The notes under the pieces were generated by a model. The model saw only the letters and a list, made by a program, of their open reading frames with translations. It ran no database searches and was not told the origin of the DNA. Shown here one piece after another: positions 38,151 through 51,312 of a stretch of 64,000 bases of DNA. The stretch covers positions 62,001 through 126,000 of the forward strand of contig CDROCS010003470.1 of assembly GCA_977020255.1 (NCBI GenBank), given 5' to 3'. The DNA comes from Obrimoposthia wandeli. Its lineage: Eukaryota. A program made the translations under genes and the position numbers. Position 1 is the first letter of the stretch, and every line of letters starts with the position of its first letter.

Positions 38151-39949
38151 GCAGTCCTGTTTCAAAGAACATTGTTGAATTATATATTTCTAATGTATAT
38201 ATGCTTTGTTAAAGATATTTACATATAACTTTTACTGAATGACTATAGTGGTGTGGGTCAAATGTACTTATAGTCAAAGTTAATCTTTACAATTTTTTGC
38301 CTAATCAAGTGAAAGATTGTTCAAATAAAATAGACAAATAGAAAAATAAAGAACTTCAATGTTAAGGTTTTAAGAAAAATCCGGTGTGTCTTCAGTCAAA
38401 TTAAAAATAATTTAAAAACTAAGAATAATAGAATTGCTACTATCAAGACTAAATATTTTGGTTATATTTTTTATAGTGAAGCTCTGAGCAAAAATGCTAA
38501 ATATGGAAGTTATAATTCTTACGATTAATCACCATTTTGTCTGAACAAAGAAATTCTCCGTTACAAAAGAGTAAGTATTTAAAATATAGAATCCCAATTG
38601 GACTTAAACTTTATCAATAGAAAAAATATATTTGACAAATATTTTTTTGCCAGAATAATCCATATTATATTTATTTCAGAACTTGGTTTAATGCAACAGA
38701 ATTCGGTCAACTGTATAATGTGGTGAAACACATTACTGGGAGAGAGAAAATATATTTTTCTCCTGTTGATAGACTATTCATTATTTTAGCTATTTTACTA
38801 CAAACTGAACATTGACAAAATTAGAAATAGATTGTTCAACAAGTAACATGATAAATTGCATAAAACTGTTAGCACAAGAAGGGTTGTGCTGATAGAAAGA
38901 TTCATTTGAGTAAAATACATAAATATCTTTAGTTGGCTACTATTTATAAAATAAATAACTACATGGGTCAAAAAAACTGGGTAAACGGTCAATATTTTGG
39001 TTGAAAAAATGAACATTGTCCAATAGTGAATAATGTTATCTCCAGAACCTGACCATGAACGTACGCATGGTTTTTCAATTTTATATATTGTATTAATATT
39101 TTTTATTAAGGATACCTAAATATAATATATCATTAACATTATTGCGGTTAAAGAATTTATTATTAAGATTCAGAAAACTCATCTTCTAATTTCCATCTTC
39201 TTCTATAAATATGATTAAAATTTACAAGGGAATATTCCTAACTGGGTACATCTGAAAATTAAAATAATACATTTTAAAGACAGGTATTTATATGATATTA
39301 TTTTTACCATTCAAAACTGCTAAATACCTGAAAAAAATGAGAAATTTTATACTACAATATCAAAACATTTTGTTTAAATCCTCTAAAACTTTCAAATAAA
39401 ATCGGTTTTTAAAGAATTTATTTCTACAATTATAATTTATACTATTTCATACTATATTTTTATACATTTAACATTTACTTTACAAATATTATAACTTTTA
39501 AAATTGGTATTTTTATGTTCAAATCAACTTTTTTTTCAAATATTTTCCTAATTTTGAATATAACTCTTTAGGGGTTACGTTATATGCTAAGAAATCAAGA
39601 AATGTGAAGAAAACATAAAACGACAATTAAGAAACAAACAATAGCTCCTATTCAAAAAAATATAAAAACCCAGATTTCAAATAAATAAAACAGAATTGTT
39701 ACAAAAAAACAGATTTTATATAATACATTTTAAAGCACATAAACATTTTTTATTAAATAATCATAAACAACACAGATAATGGAACAATATATTTAAATAA
39801 ACCAATTTGTATTTAATTGTCATCAGAATTTTCATCAAAACCGGTAATTTTCAGGTCCATTTTCTTTTCTCCCAAGCGTGACTCGTATCGTCTATGGCAA
39901 ACTACTTTCATTACTTCTTTTATTAAACCTACTTTCGGTTGCCAAGTGT

Positions 39950-40520
39950 GCCAAGTTTAATTGAATTTATTTATAGCTTCTTTTTACCATCATTCGATCC
40001 TTTACTGTTTTCGTTTTCAATGAGTTTGTGTTTTTCGTTTTAATGCGATTGACGTGTAAGAAGACTCTTTCGACACATGCGGATAAGTGTGGGAACATTT
40101 TCAAGTTGATCATAAAGTTTGTCAAGACTGCATATTTAGGATTACCGACTCCATCTTTAATACTACGCTACGAATACCAAAATTCAGGAATAGTTTTGAA
40201 TGCGGGACACATATCCTTATTTAATCTAAATGATCTCCATTCATCGTCTAAAACATCTATTTTTTCTACAGAAACAAGTTGTGAGAAAATAATGGCCAAA
40301 TGAACGATTGAGGATGACGATTTGGCAAGATCGTGCACGTTAGCTGGATCTAAAATATTCAGACTAGCAATAACTCTATTGTCATTTAGAGGAAATATTT
40401 TTCAGATTTGGAAACATAGTTCAACTAGAAACTTTAGACAATCCATGTTGAACACATTCTCATTGTCACCAAGCGGTTTCGACTTATATAATGTCATGCA
40501 CCGACCTCCTAAATAAATAT
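39950..40520 (-). mobile_element. hAT transposase C-terminal (dimerisation domain) remnant
   Basis: About 180 codons in one frame with two stops: YLGGRC...FLVELCFQI*KIFP...LDDEWR...EFWYS*...FPHLSACVERVFLHVNRIKTKNTNSLKTKTV. Confidence 0.8.
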
Positions 40521-41279
40521 AATTTAGATATTTGTGATGAATTTAGTTCTTTGGATCAATTTCTTCCAACTTGCACGAAATAATCACTTTTTTTTCACAT
40601 AACAACTGTTAATTTTTTATACTCAATTGAAACCATAGAATGCAATAAATGCAATTTAAAGTGCTGTGATTGAAATTCAATATTCAGACTGTTCATTTTC
40701 TCCAGTACATATACCAAAAAAATTAACACAGGTTGCGTTACTTTGTTGACCATAGTGGCGTAAACATTTCTTGCTTTGTTGCTTTTATTAGAATTTAATT
40801 GAGATTGGAAGTAATTTACAATTAATAATATTAAAACAACCAGTCTAAAAATTTCAAATTAGAATATATATTGTGAAAATAAAATATTTAAGTAATTGTG
40901 AAGTGTAAAATGTTGTATTAAATTTTTTATAGTATTTTAAATATATTTATAAACTATATATATAAAGATTTACCTAAACATTAGGAATATAGAGGGGAAA
41001 ACAAATTGTGCTGTTTTCAAAAAAACACCTAGAAACCTAGATAATACCAAGAAAAACAGAATGGTCAGTACTCACTCATATTTATTTTAAACTATATTTA
41101 CACACACTTAAAAGAAAGGATGCACCAGATTCGCCATTAATCTTACTCTTTGTATACGAGTTTAACCTGGATTGACGTACCTCAGTGTCCCTCGCGTTGA
41201 ATGTTGACCACAGCTAATAAAAACAATAGATTAAGTCTACTGAAGAACATGGCAACTACAAGAAAGTCAATAATTTGTA

Positions 41280-41690
41280 GAATCTGAATTGCAGAATTGA
41301 TTTTGAGGGTCTCATTGCATCACTACAATGAGAAAATTGACAGCGGTCAAGAGAGGGTTGAGCAAAACGGCTGTAGCTGCTGCTAGTCCGGGATACTGTT
41401 GGAGAGTCCTGTCAATAGTGAACTTTTGTGATAGCTGTTTCCTTAATACGCCACTTGATAAACACAGCGCCATTTGGACTGGACACGATCGAAACTGGTC
41501 GCAATTAGCACAAGATAAACACCACACAACAACAGAGACGGTATTAGCAGCAACCGACCCAGCCACTTTCGGACATAATTCAAAGATGCCGTATTGCTTT
41601 CGAGGGAGCAGTTTAGTAAGCCCGATTCGCAGATTTTCTAATCAGACATGAACTTGACCCAGCAAAATCCTTTTTACAAATTTATGTTTG
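41280..41690 (+). pseudogene. Unassigned degenerate coding relic
   Basis: GC-elevated island. One plus frame gives protein-like PLSDIIQRCRIAFEGAV**ARFADFLIRHELDP with several stops. Strand and frame uncertain. Confidence 0.3.
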
Positions 41691-43999
41691 ATATTTGCTT
41701 ATCACTTCGTTTAAATCATACACAACTTGTATTGAGATTCTACTGTCCATTTCAATTCAATCACGATGATATGTGTATATTATACAGTCGTGATCGAAAA
41801 TAAGTTAACACTAAATACTTTATGTTGAACTGATATTATCTTATGTTTTCGTAATGCGATTTGAGATTGTTAAACTATTTCCTGATTTCAGAAATGTTAA
41901 GAAATTAAAAGAAATAAAAAGAAAAATACAGAATTGGCAAAATTAATAGAACTGGAAAGCTCGTAATTCAATGGAATGTTACATCTACAAAGGTAATGGT
42001 AAAATATTGTGCTCTACCAAGGCTTTTCCTTACAAGCTCAAAAGAAGTCGATATTTCGACAGAAGAAACACTAGAAATATGTTAAACTATTATATTCATT
42101 TTATCACAAATATTAAAATTAAAAATGGGTTTCAGTAAACTTATTCCGAAATGTATATAAGAAGAAATTATTTAATTAGTAAATTATGAAAAAAATATAT
42201 TTCGAGAAAAAACTAATCTTATTATATTGTTGGGCTGGAGTTATTGAACTTCTAGCTTAATAGTGTAGGACTTGTGTGTAAGACCTATCCTGATTTTCTC
42301 AAATCTGAAGACAAGAATGGCCGTTTGTATACGACATCTCTCATTAATAGGAGGATAACGTTGATACAAATAACAGATATTTCTTTCAGATTTGATTGCA
42401 CGCTATTCTATCTTGAATACGCTGGGGTTTAGTATACAGCTTAATCTACTGCAAGTTTACAACAGTTAGATAAAAATATGATATTTTGTGCCTGTCGGCT
42501 CTGCTCTCCTATTTTATGGAACTAAATCGTCAATAGAATCGGCTGATTTTTGGAAATTTCAAATTTCTTCACTACGCACTTTTTTGGTAGCTTCTATATC
42601 CAATAATAGTTATACAGTCATCAAAGTCACCTAAGATTAATGATTTCACTGTTTGAGTTAATTAATTCTTCACATATCCTTTTTTGGGGTTTTAATTTTT
42701 TAGTTTACCCCTAATATGTTCTTGGCCATGACTATAAGTATACCCTCGATTGCCGAGCGTCCAAGTAGGAAGCTTGCTCTTATAAGTTTCATTTGAAATT
42801 GAAGAAAAAGTGGATAATATGAAAGAATTACAATATATGTACTCATATTTACATAAAATGAACAGAAAAGGTTTCTTATATTTGTTGAGCTTTTTCCATT
42901 TACTGCTTGCTTTCTACAAAGTGTTGATTCGATAAGTTTGTCGAGGGTTTCCAGGATAAGAGCATCGTGATTATAATAGTAAAGGACTCTGGATATGAAC
43001 AGCTGTCATTTTTACATTTTCTCGTTTCCAACCATATTTATCCACATTTCAAAGATTTATATGGAAGTTAAGATATGTATTAAAAAAATATTTTCTTTGG
43101 ATTTTCAGTCTTCCATCTTTCTTTTCATGCGACTTTTCAAAACTGTCAATTACTGCTCTTTTCTCATGAGACTCTATACGAAATGGAAGATAACTCAATT
43201 TTACCATTATCGTAACTTTATTTTTGTTATTTTTCACTTAAAATTTTAAACTATTCAGTTGAGCTAAATGTGTTCTTCAATGTTGGTATTATACTTAAGG
43301 GTAATTAAAATTTGAGTTATCTTCTGTTTAGTAATAACCCTATACTTTCATTTGATGTATTCATGAAGTCATATAAGTTATAAAAAATAGATTAAATGTA
43401 TGTGTTATAAATTTAGAAGAAAAGAAATATCCATATCAACTTTAACATTTTATAATTTTAGTAATGACTTTATTTCTGTTGCTCGATAAAAAGGAAACTA
43501 TTTTTTAATTAAAACGCATTTATTTTAATTTGATTAATTATATATCTAAATTTCTGTTTAACTTGTTTTTTTTAATTCAGAAATAGTCATGAATAGTTGT
43601 ATTAAATAAATGATATCTGAAATGAAAACAATGTCCTAGTTTATTATTTCCTACGTTTTATTCATAGTATTCAAAGGTTCCAGCGAAGATAGCTTCCATT
43701 GTCTGTCATTGTCTATCATTACAATGCAATTTGTTACGTTAAAACCTTCAGAACATTAAATATAGGGGGAAAATCCGAACTTCCCAGTTTTAGATGCAAC
43801 ATATTGTCCTACTTAGAAATTCAAACTACTGCTCATCGATGGTAAGGTAAGCACCGAGCTCGTAAGATGAACGTATATGATAATTGAATGTTTCAAAATC
43901 ATGACAAGAAGTATCGTATTTGTTCCTTCGTATCAAATCGACATTAACATAACTCATTTGAATTTTAAAACCTTTCTAAGGAATGGAGCTGACATTCAA

Positions 44000-44400
44000 A
44001 AAGGCTTCTACTTTCACATGACAAACACCTCGGACCTCAGGGTTCAGGTGAAGAAAGGAATACGTCTGGTCAACCTACTCCCAGATCCTTATAGGCTCAG
44101 TCTCCAATCGTCTTTAAACTCCCCCTCCCAGGTAACGCCGTAGGCTCAACTAATCAGTCTTCCCAAGAATAGTGGGATGTTTTTAACCCATTAACCTCCG
44201 AAGTCTTGAAGGAATGTGCTCTGTTAGCTATTTTGTCCCAATCTGTGTTCTTCACCAGCTTCACGGATGGGTTAGTATAAAATGGCACATTTTACAGTCA
44301 CGATGTGGCTGGGATTATCACTGGCCATCCCAACGAGCTATCTAGCTATTTGCAAGAAAGTCGTAATCTATGACAAAAATTTGGATGAGGTTTATTATAT
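44000..44400 (+). pseudogene. Unassigned degenerate coding relic
   Basis: GC-elevated. One plus frame runs about 130 codons with three internal stops (WDVFNPLTSEVLKECALLAILSQSVFFTSFTDGLV*NG). Confidence 0.25.
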
Positions 44401-44719
44401 ATCAAATTATGTTCATTCTGTCGTTGAAAGTGAATATATCTTTATGTTTACTGTGTTATTAAGTACATTTAATTTAATTGAAATCCTTTGTTCAGGGCCT
44501 AAATGTTTTTCACCTTTAATGTTTTAGTAATTGTTACTCGCAGAAATATTTGTAGATCTATATTGAATTTTTGTATTAATTACATTTAGACTTAAATTAT
44601 CCTGCATTAAATTTCAATTTGTTAATTCACCTATTAATAAAAAGCATACGTTTATTCTAAAATAATTACCAACAACAAAAATGGATATGCATCTTTAAAG
44701 AATGATCCAAATTTTATTC

Positions 44720-44920
44720 ATATGACAGTAAATCATAGTATGAATTTCGTAGACACAGAAACATCATCACACACGCCAATAATGGAAAGCACTAGGCAGA
44801 ACGCCAAAAACGTTCATGTTTGGGACTCATCAAAATATGTTAGACTCTTATTTGTGCGAGTTCCCTTAGAGACATTTGAAAAAGATAAAAGTGGATGCAT
44901 TTTGAATAACTTTTACCTGA
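44720..44920 (+). mobile_element. Merlin (ISXO2-like) transposase fragment
   Basis: TVNHSMNFVDTETSSHTPIMESTRQNAK (cf. TVNHSxNFVDPxTGAHTQxIESxW). Confidence 0.65.
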
Positions 44921-46009
44921 CATCTGTGAAGTTTGGTGTGGATTTTAATAAAGATATGATTTTATTATTGAACTGAGAAAATCACTATTCTTAAAATTCT
45001 GACGGAAACAATGTTAAAGTATTAGTTCAACAAAAAATTATCAGAGATAAATATAATAAATTTTTATACATAATAATATTGTTTTAACGTTAAGTTGCTA
45101 AGGTTTCATAAATTTATGCATTTTGAATTGAATGCACATTTCGATGCTTTTAAGCTACTGTCTAATTTGTAGTATTCAAGCCATTCTCGATGGTCGTTAT
45201 ATTTAATTAATAGTATAAAAACTTGGATAATGGTTTTGATGATACCATGCAGTTTAAAAACATAAATAAATACTTTTTTATTCCTATAAACTTTATCTAT
45301 ATGGAATTATTATGATATCGGTTGTTTGAAGGAATTCAAAAAAGAGACTGTTGAGATATAGTTTGTAGATTTTTGTGAAAGCTTAGAATTCAACTTTTTT
45401 ATACTGATAAATTAGAGCTCAATATGCTTTCATTTTAATTCTAAATATTTTATCATACATAGGAAGGAAATCAGACATTTGAAAAATATAATTTTAACAG
45501 ATTGAGCAATTTCCACACATTATTATTAAATTAATCCTCAGATAATCGAAACCGATCTACTCACCAACAAAATATATGTATAATATATTGATATGCTTAT
45601 CATAGATGAAATAGAACGAAACGAATTAAAATAATTATAACTGCGTCATTTTGTTACATTTGTTTTAATATGCAAACATCAATCTAAATTTGGATTTTCT
45701 AAGTTTTAAGTTTTGTTCAGCTGAGTTTTTGCAGTAATTTAATTAGTAAGATATTTAGCCAAAAAAAAATGAAAAAGAACTACTGTGATATAAATTTATA
45801 AAGGTTTTAAAGAAAATTAAAAAATTGAAGCTTTAATTATACCTTATGAAAAGTCTGATATAAATGAAATATTTATATTTACAGTCTACTCGTTATTCTG
45901 ACTTCTCTAATCTGTTACCCTCGTTTATTCGGCATAATTTAATATAATTGGAAATATAGGCAATGATTATAACAATAAGATATATGTTTATGATAACGAC
46001 GAAGACATT

Positions 46010-46412
46010 TTAAACTTGATGTCGACCTGGATCAAAACTATGAGACAATTTCATCTTTCAAAATTGAAAATTTTTAGAAGATTTTCTGAAATATGTTGAA
46101 ACTGAAGATCATTGTAATATACCATTACAAGATACAGTTAAAATGGCTTTGCATAATCAAAATAATGAAGTACTCGACTTTCAATATGTTGATCCTTCCA
46201 CTAAATAAATGCTAATAACTTCAAGAGAAACAACAAGAAGTTTAGCTTTTACTCAAAATTACATGAAACAGAAGTTTGAAGATTTCACCGAGTATAACTT
46301 TAAAAATGTTCGACGCCTGGTAATTGAAGTTGCATTTGAGACTAACAAATTTGTGGAAACATGTATTAATCACTATTTCAGAAGGTTTAAATCTAAATGG
46401 TTTTTAATATAA
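46010..46412 (+). pseudogene. Unassigned degenerate ORF of about 130 codons
   Basis: FLEDFLKYVETEDHCNIP...VDPSTK*MLITSRETT...KQKFEDFTEYNFKNVRRLVIEV. One in-frame stop and one upstream frameshift. Confidence 0.3.
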
Positions 46413-47299
46413 CTTTTTCTAGACGTTTTACATCTATTTTTGTAAATGACGTAATTTTATTTTCGTAGTCCAACATATTTCTTCAGAAACAGCAACAATA
46501 TAATTAACGAGAGAAGACTGGATATAATTCTTATAATACATTTGAATTGCTTTTGTGAAAAATATTTTTAAGTGCTATGGAAAATTAATTTACTTCCGAT
46601 TTGATGATTTTCGGTGTATTTTGTGTCTTCTAGAGATTTGACTTTAATTTCAGCATCAAATACATTTTTTACTACAACTCTGCAATCTCTATTCAAAGTG
46701 AAAGAGTGTTCAAATGAAAATTAAATGATGGCAAAATAAATAAATCAAATTAACATTGTTTTTTGTCTCGATGTTTTATTAAAGATTAAAATTGAAAAGG
46801 TAGAATAAATTACTTTTCTCGGAATCAGAATCTGCGATTTGTTTGAAGTTCTTCTTCAATTACAAGAAAACCAGGGATCGACATAATGTCAAATCGATTC
46901 GGTTTAATGATGAGACAAATGACAATTTTCTTCAAATTTACCAAATAAACAAAAATATTTTCATTTTAAATCAAATTTTTCTGAAATTATTATAACTGGG
47001 TTGCAACAATAATCTTATATTATGTTTTTTTAAACGGCATTTCAACCTAAATATTATTGACCACAAAAATAAGGTTCAAAAAATCAAAGTACGATATTTG
47101 GATAGTGTCAATAGACAAACTAAAGGATACCCTTATTTTTTTCTTTACATTTTGGGAGAAAGAAGGAAATATAAAACTTAGCCAATTGTATATTTAAAAT
47201 TTTTATTTGAAAAATTCTCGTTTTGTACACCAATGGCCTGGTGTGGGCTGAAAGAATTTCGTACAGACTGCTATATCGGGGACATAGGACACTCTAGTT

Positions 47300-47362
47300 A
47301 TGATGGTGATCAATGGTAAAAAAAGCCGGCCACTTACCCCTCGTTGTGGGTTCAAACTGACG
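47300..47362 (+). mobile_element. Possible tRNA-derived SINE head
   Basis: A-box-like TGGTGATCAATGG (47304-47316) and B-box-like GGGTTCAAACT (47348-47358) at plausible spacing. No intact cloverleaf. Confidence 0.2.
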
Positions 47363-47829
47363 AGAAACAGTCATTTATAATTAGACGTGCTTACAGTGAA
47401 AGGTATCTAAAAAGTCCAATCAGAAAATAGCTATACAAATTAATGTCGACAATCAGATCATATGTAACAGACCGTATGTAACAGATAACATATTTCCTCT
47501 TCCAACCAATAATCGTAGTTCAAATATTTCTGATGATAATGATGAAAACAATGTAGAAAAAAGATCTCCTTCAATTACACCAGTTTGTAAAAATTATGCA
47601 TTTATCAAAACATCGCAGAGTTCTTGATCAGTTAGAAGGAAATAGTGAATATATTGTTTACTTACAAAATTAGAAATAAAGTCTGGCCTCAAAAAAATTG
47701 ATTGTCTTTTTTATGAAACTGTTTCAATTATTAAAGCAATTCTCCCACATAAAGATTACACATTTCTTGATATATCAGTAGCTTATTCAGTTGTAATTTT
47801 TTAGTTGATTCATAATAATTAATATTAAT

Positions 47830-48170
47830 GGAATGGTGATTGTGACTGGAAAATTATGCAATGCTCACTGGGTTACAAAACGGTTAGACTAAATTTGGTT
47901 ATTTTACTTGTCTTTGTGAAAATAGATCAAGAATAGAACATTACTATAAAATTAATTGGCCAATTAGAACTAATATAAATCTAGGACAAGAAAATTTGTA
48001 TCACTTGTTCAATAACAAAATACTATTTTTCTACATTATATATTAAATTGGGCTTATTTTAAAGCTCTCTAAAAACTTCTAATGTCATGGTAAAGCATTT
48101 AAAGTACCGAGAAGAATATTTCCTAAGCTTTCAGAAGCAAAGTTAAAAGAGAGTCATTGTTGGACATATT
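47830..48170 (+). mobile_element. Chapaev-like (CMC) transposase remnant
   Basis: AMLTGLQNG*TKF...RSRIEHY...WPIR...GQEN...KIL...IGL...FPKLSEAKLKE, matching the GLQxGYTK...LHIKLGL...FPxLSxAKxKEG transposase family. Superfamily name recalled from memory. Confidence 0.6.
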
Positions 48171-48739
48171 AATAAAGTAGGAGAAAATGTTATTTGACAT
48201 GTAAGAATATAAATATCAGATTCGTGATCAGTGCAATACTCAAAACCATCAAAGACTTTCTTCTATTCAGTGAATATTTGAAAATTTTCACCCAATTTTT
48301 TGGGAATAGAAGCCAATCGTGTATTTAAAATTTCGTCTTCGTCTTCATATGTGTCTTCCTTTTCATTTCAAACTTTAACTTTAATTGTAGAACAATTACA
48401 ATTCTATGATTTTCTGAAACCGATTCGTATAGTCTATTTTAACAAGCTACTAGATTTAGACAAATCCACTGCATTCCTCATAATTTCGCTTGATAATATC
48501 CAATGCTTCTCAAGACATTTACAATTTATCTAAACTGTACTCTATAAAATAACTTTAATAATATTTTAAAGGGAAATGCAAATTATCTCATTTTGTTTAT
48601 TTACCATTACCCCTAAATCAAAAACGGCAGCATCAAGTTTTTTATCATTTATAAAGTTGTTTTTCAATTTTCATGTATATTGGCTTTTAACAATTATTAT
48701 GAAAGTTATGTACATAAAAAATATATATAGAAAGTTAAA

Positions 48740-49010
48740 TTCAGAAAAGAATAGCTTCACAAAAGGTGTAATGATACTGAGCATGATATCAAATTCAGGG
48801 TATATGGCAATATCATTTCTCGATGAAAATATTAATAAAGGGAAATATGTTAATTTTTTTAACAGAGCATCTTATGAATGAAGGCATATTAAATAATTCT
48901 CACTTCTAGTAAAATAATGCAAGTTCATAGTAATATTTGCTTTAAAAGTCCCCATACTTCAATATTATAGAAAGCTTTTGGGGAATAATTCTAATCATGA
49001 AGACGTTGAA
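48740..49010 (+). mobile_element. Tc1-like transposase fragment
   Basis: GVMILSMISNSG...FLDENINKGKY and degenerate SP.LNIIESFWG (cf. SPDLNPIENLW). Confidence 0.5.
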
Positions 49011-49559
49011 AGATTCAAACGTCCAATAAAAAAAAATTAAAATTTACATAAAAATAAAAAAGTTGAAAGTTGAATAGACTATTTTTGAACAAGAAAATGT
49101 TATTTCTAATATTTTTACTTTTGTGCTCTTTGTGTTAAAATATGTCATAGGGTCACTTGAGACATCTTTTTGAAATTCTATGTTTTTAATTAGTAGAACT
49201 TAAAATTCCTTGATAAAATATTTCTTTCGATAACCATCAACATTTTTGTTGTCTCTAGAATATTTAAATGTATAAGCATTACAATATAAACTTCTAAAGT
49301 TTCATACAAAATGTAGCTATGGAATCTTTTTAGCATGCAGTGTAAATGCCAAGATTAGAAAAATGTATTGTAATTACACTGGGTTGGTTAGTCAAGTATC
49401 ATTTGCTAGCAACTTCAGGACAAAAATTTCTGCGTTTTTTGGCTACTTGACTTTTAGCAAATTTGAACAGGGAGGAGACAAACGAAAAAGTATCTACGTT
49501 CGATTCTAGACATGATTCTTATTCGTTTTCCAGCTCTTTATCGCTGCTGCTGTGTGAAG

Positions 49560-50090
49560 GCCAATTATTGGAGAAATGGATCAATTAGAGACATATCTGT
49601 GAGCCGGTAATTGTTGCTGCTGTTGTTGCTACTGCAGCTGATGTTGATGTTGCCATATACACCACCGATTATGTCCCCCGTGCCGCCGAAGCGGAGCACA
49701 ATTAGGAGATCCAATACTCGGCTGGCAGATAAATCAGGGAGATAGATATCGCGTGGTTGGCTCCATGGACGAGACGAACAGTGAGAACTATGCTCGGGGA
49801 TCAGTCGCATTCCCATCTACTGCCAGTCTGTCTCGGAGTATGTGTGTGGGGGAGAGACTCAGCTAGGGGTCCTCTGATTCCAGAGATAAATGAGACGCTT
49901 CTCCTTAGCAGCTTCATAATGATCAAAAATCGGATTTTATCGCGTCCGAGTGTTATTGAACTGCGAGAACTATGATTAATTGTCCTGCTGCAGACTATAC
50001 AGATATTTGCTCTTGTTTTCGAGGTTGATAAATAGACGTGCAATTTCATTTTCTATTACGACCGATTCTGGCTTCATAACTAAGGAGACT
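49560..50090 (-). mobile_element. Possible Gypsy gag remnant with Gln-rich tract
   Basis: SKYLY...DHYEAAKE...SPTHILRDRLA...FSLFVSSM (cf. KY...Y.xLK...KPSxLLRxM.LA...LF). (CAG/CAA)n-like tract on the minus strand at about 49610-49650. Confidence 0.35.
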
Positions 50091-50879
50091 TTGGAGTTTT
50101 TTCAACTCAGTCTGACTTAATTATAGTTTAAATATTTGAATTTCTAACATTATAATTAAATAATTCAACAAATTTCATAGTGCGTCAAAGTTTAGAAAAG
50201 AGAGAAACAATAATCTTGAGAATTTCTAAATTAGATTGTCTATGAAATATAATTTTCGTATTTTATGTTTTCCAGTTATTGATATTTTAGGATATTGTTC
50301 AATTGAAGATCACCTGGTTTCTGTTCTGATATATTCATCCAGCAAGTATATCTTGAACTACATTGTGGGTACTGAATTTTCTAGTACATTTTGTCATCTT
50401 GATTTGCATTTTCATTAACTTTTCTGTATTTTGAAATGGTCAGAAGCCTCATCGAGCGAATTACTCCAAAGCCGTTTATTAAGGTCAATATTTTACTTCT
50501 ACACCTAATCAAATTGATTATAACAGTTGCACAAATGAATTTCAACAAGTGGTTATCAACAAAGACAAAAAAGATGGCCAACAAGGAAATATATGATTAT
50601 GAATTTGATTTCTTTGATAATAATGCTTTTTTGGACCTTTCTGGATCAGTTTTATAAAATACTTACACAAGTCAAATCAAAATCAAAACCAAAAGTAACA
50701 AAGTAAATATTTATAACAAGTTCGATACATGACGTTCAATGAAAAGTCTCAAGCTGCCTCTGTAATCTTGTGCTTTTATCTATTTCTCAAACTTCTAATT
50801 TCCTTTGTTTGCCTGTAAATAAATATGACACTAATGCTGTGTTTATTGATTCTCAATTTCCGTACTAAAATTAAATATT

Positions 50880-51312
50880 CCTCCCCATTCAGATACGCGC
50901 CTTTGTTTGTACTTTATAGATATCCTAAAACATTGAATTTAGCAAAATATACTCTGAAACTTTCACTTTCCAATTCTTGATTTCTACATTACCTCCTGAT
51001 TCATTTATTCTCTATTTATGTATAAAATTTGGAAATATATTACTTAAATTATCTTTCAGTACCAATAGGTTCGTCTGAAACGTCAAATAACCCGTAAATA
51101 ACTGCGTTTTCATAATTTTCAAGATTGAAATTAATTTTTCGTTATGGTATTCATTTAGCTTCTATGTCCTATATATTAAATTATCGCTGTTTTACTCTTA
51201 CATTAGTGTATGTATGCGTCCATATATTTATGGTGTTCATTTATGTTGAATGGCAAGTTTCTATTAGTGTGTTTATCGTTAATTTCATTTTATTATAGGT
51301 TATTGAATTCAG
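50880..51312. repeat. Dispersed repeat, copy 2 (homologous to 21870-22335)
   Basis: Same collinear blocks as copy 1, with many substitutions and indels. Confidence 0.75.
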
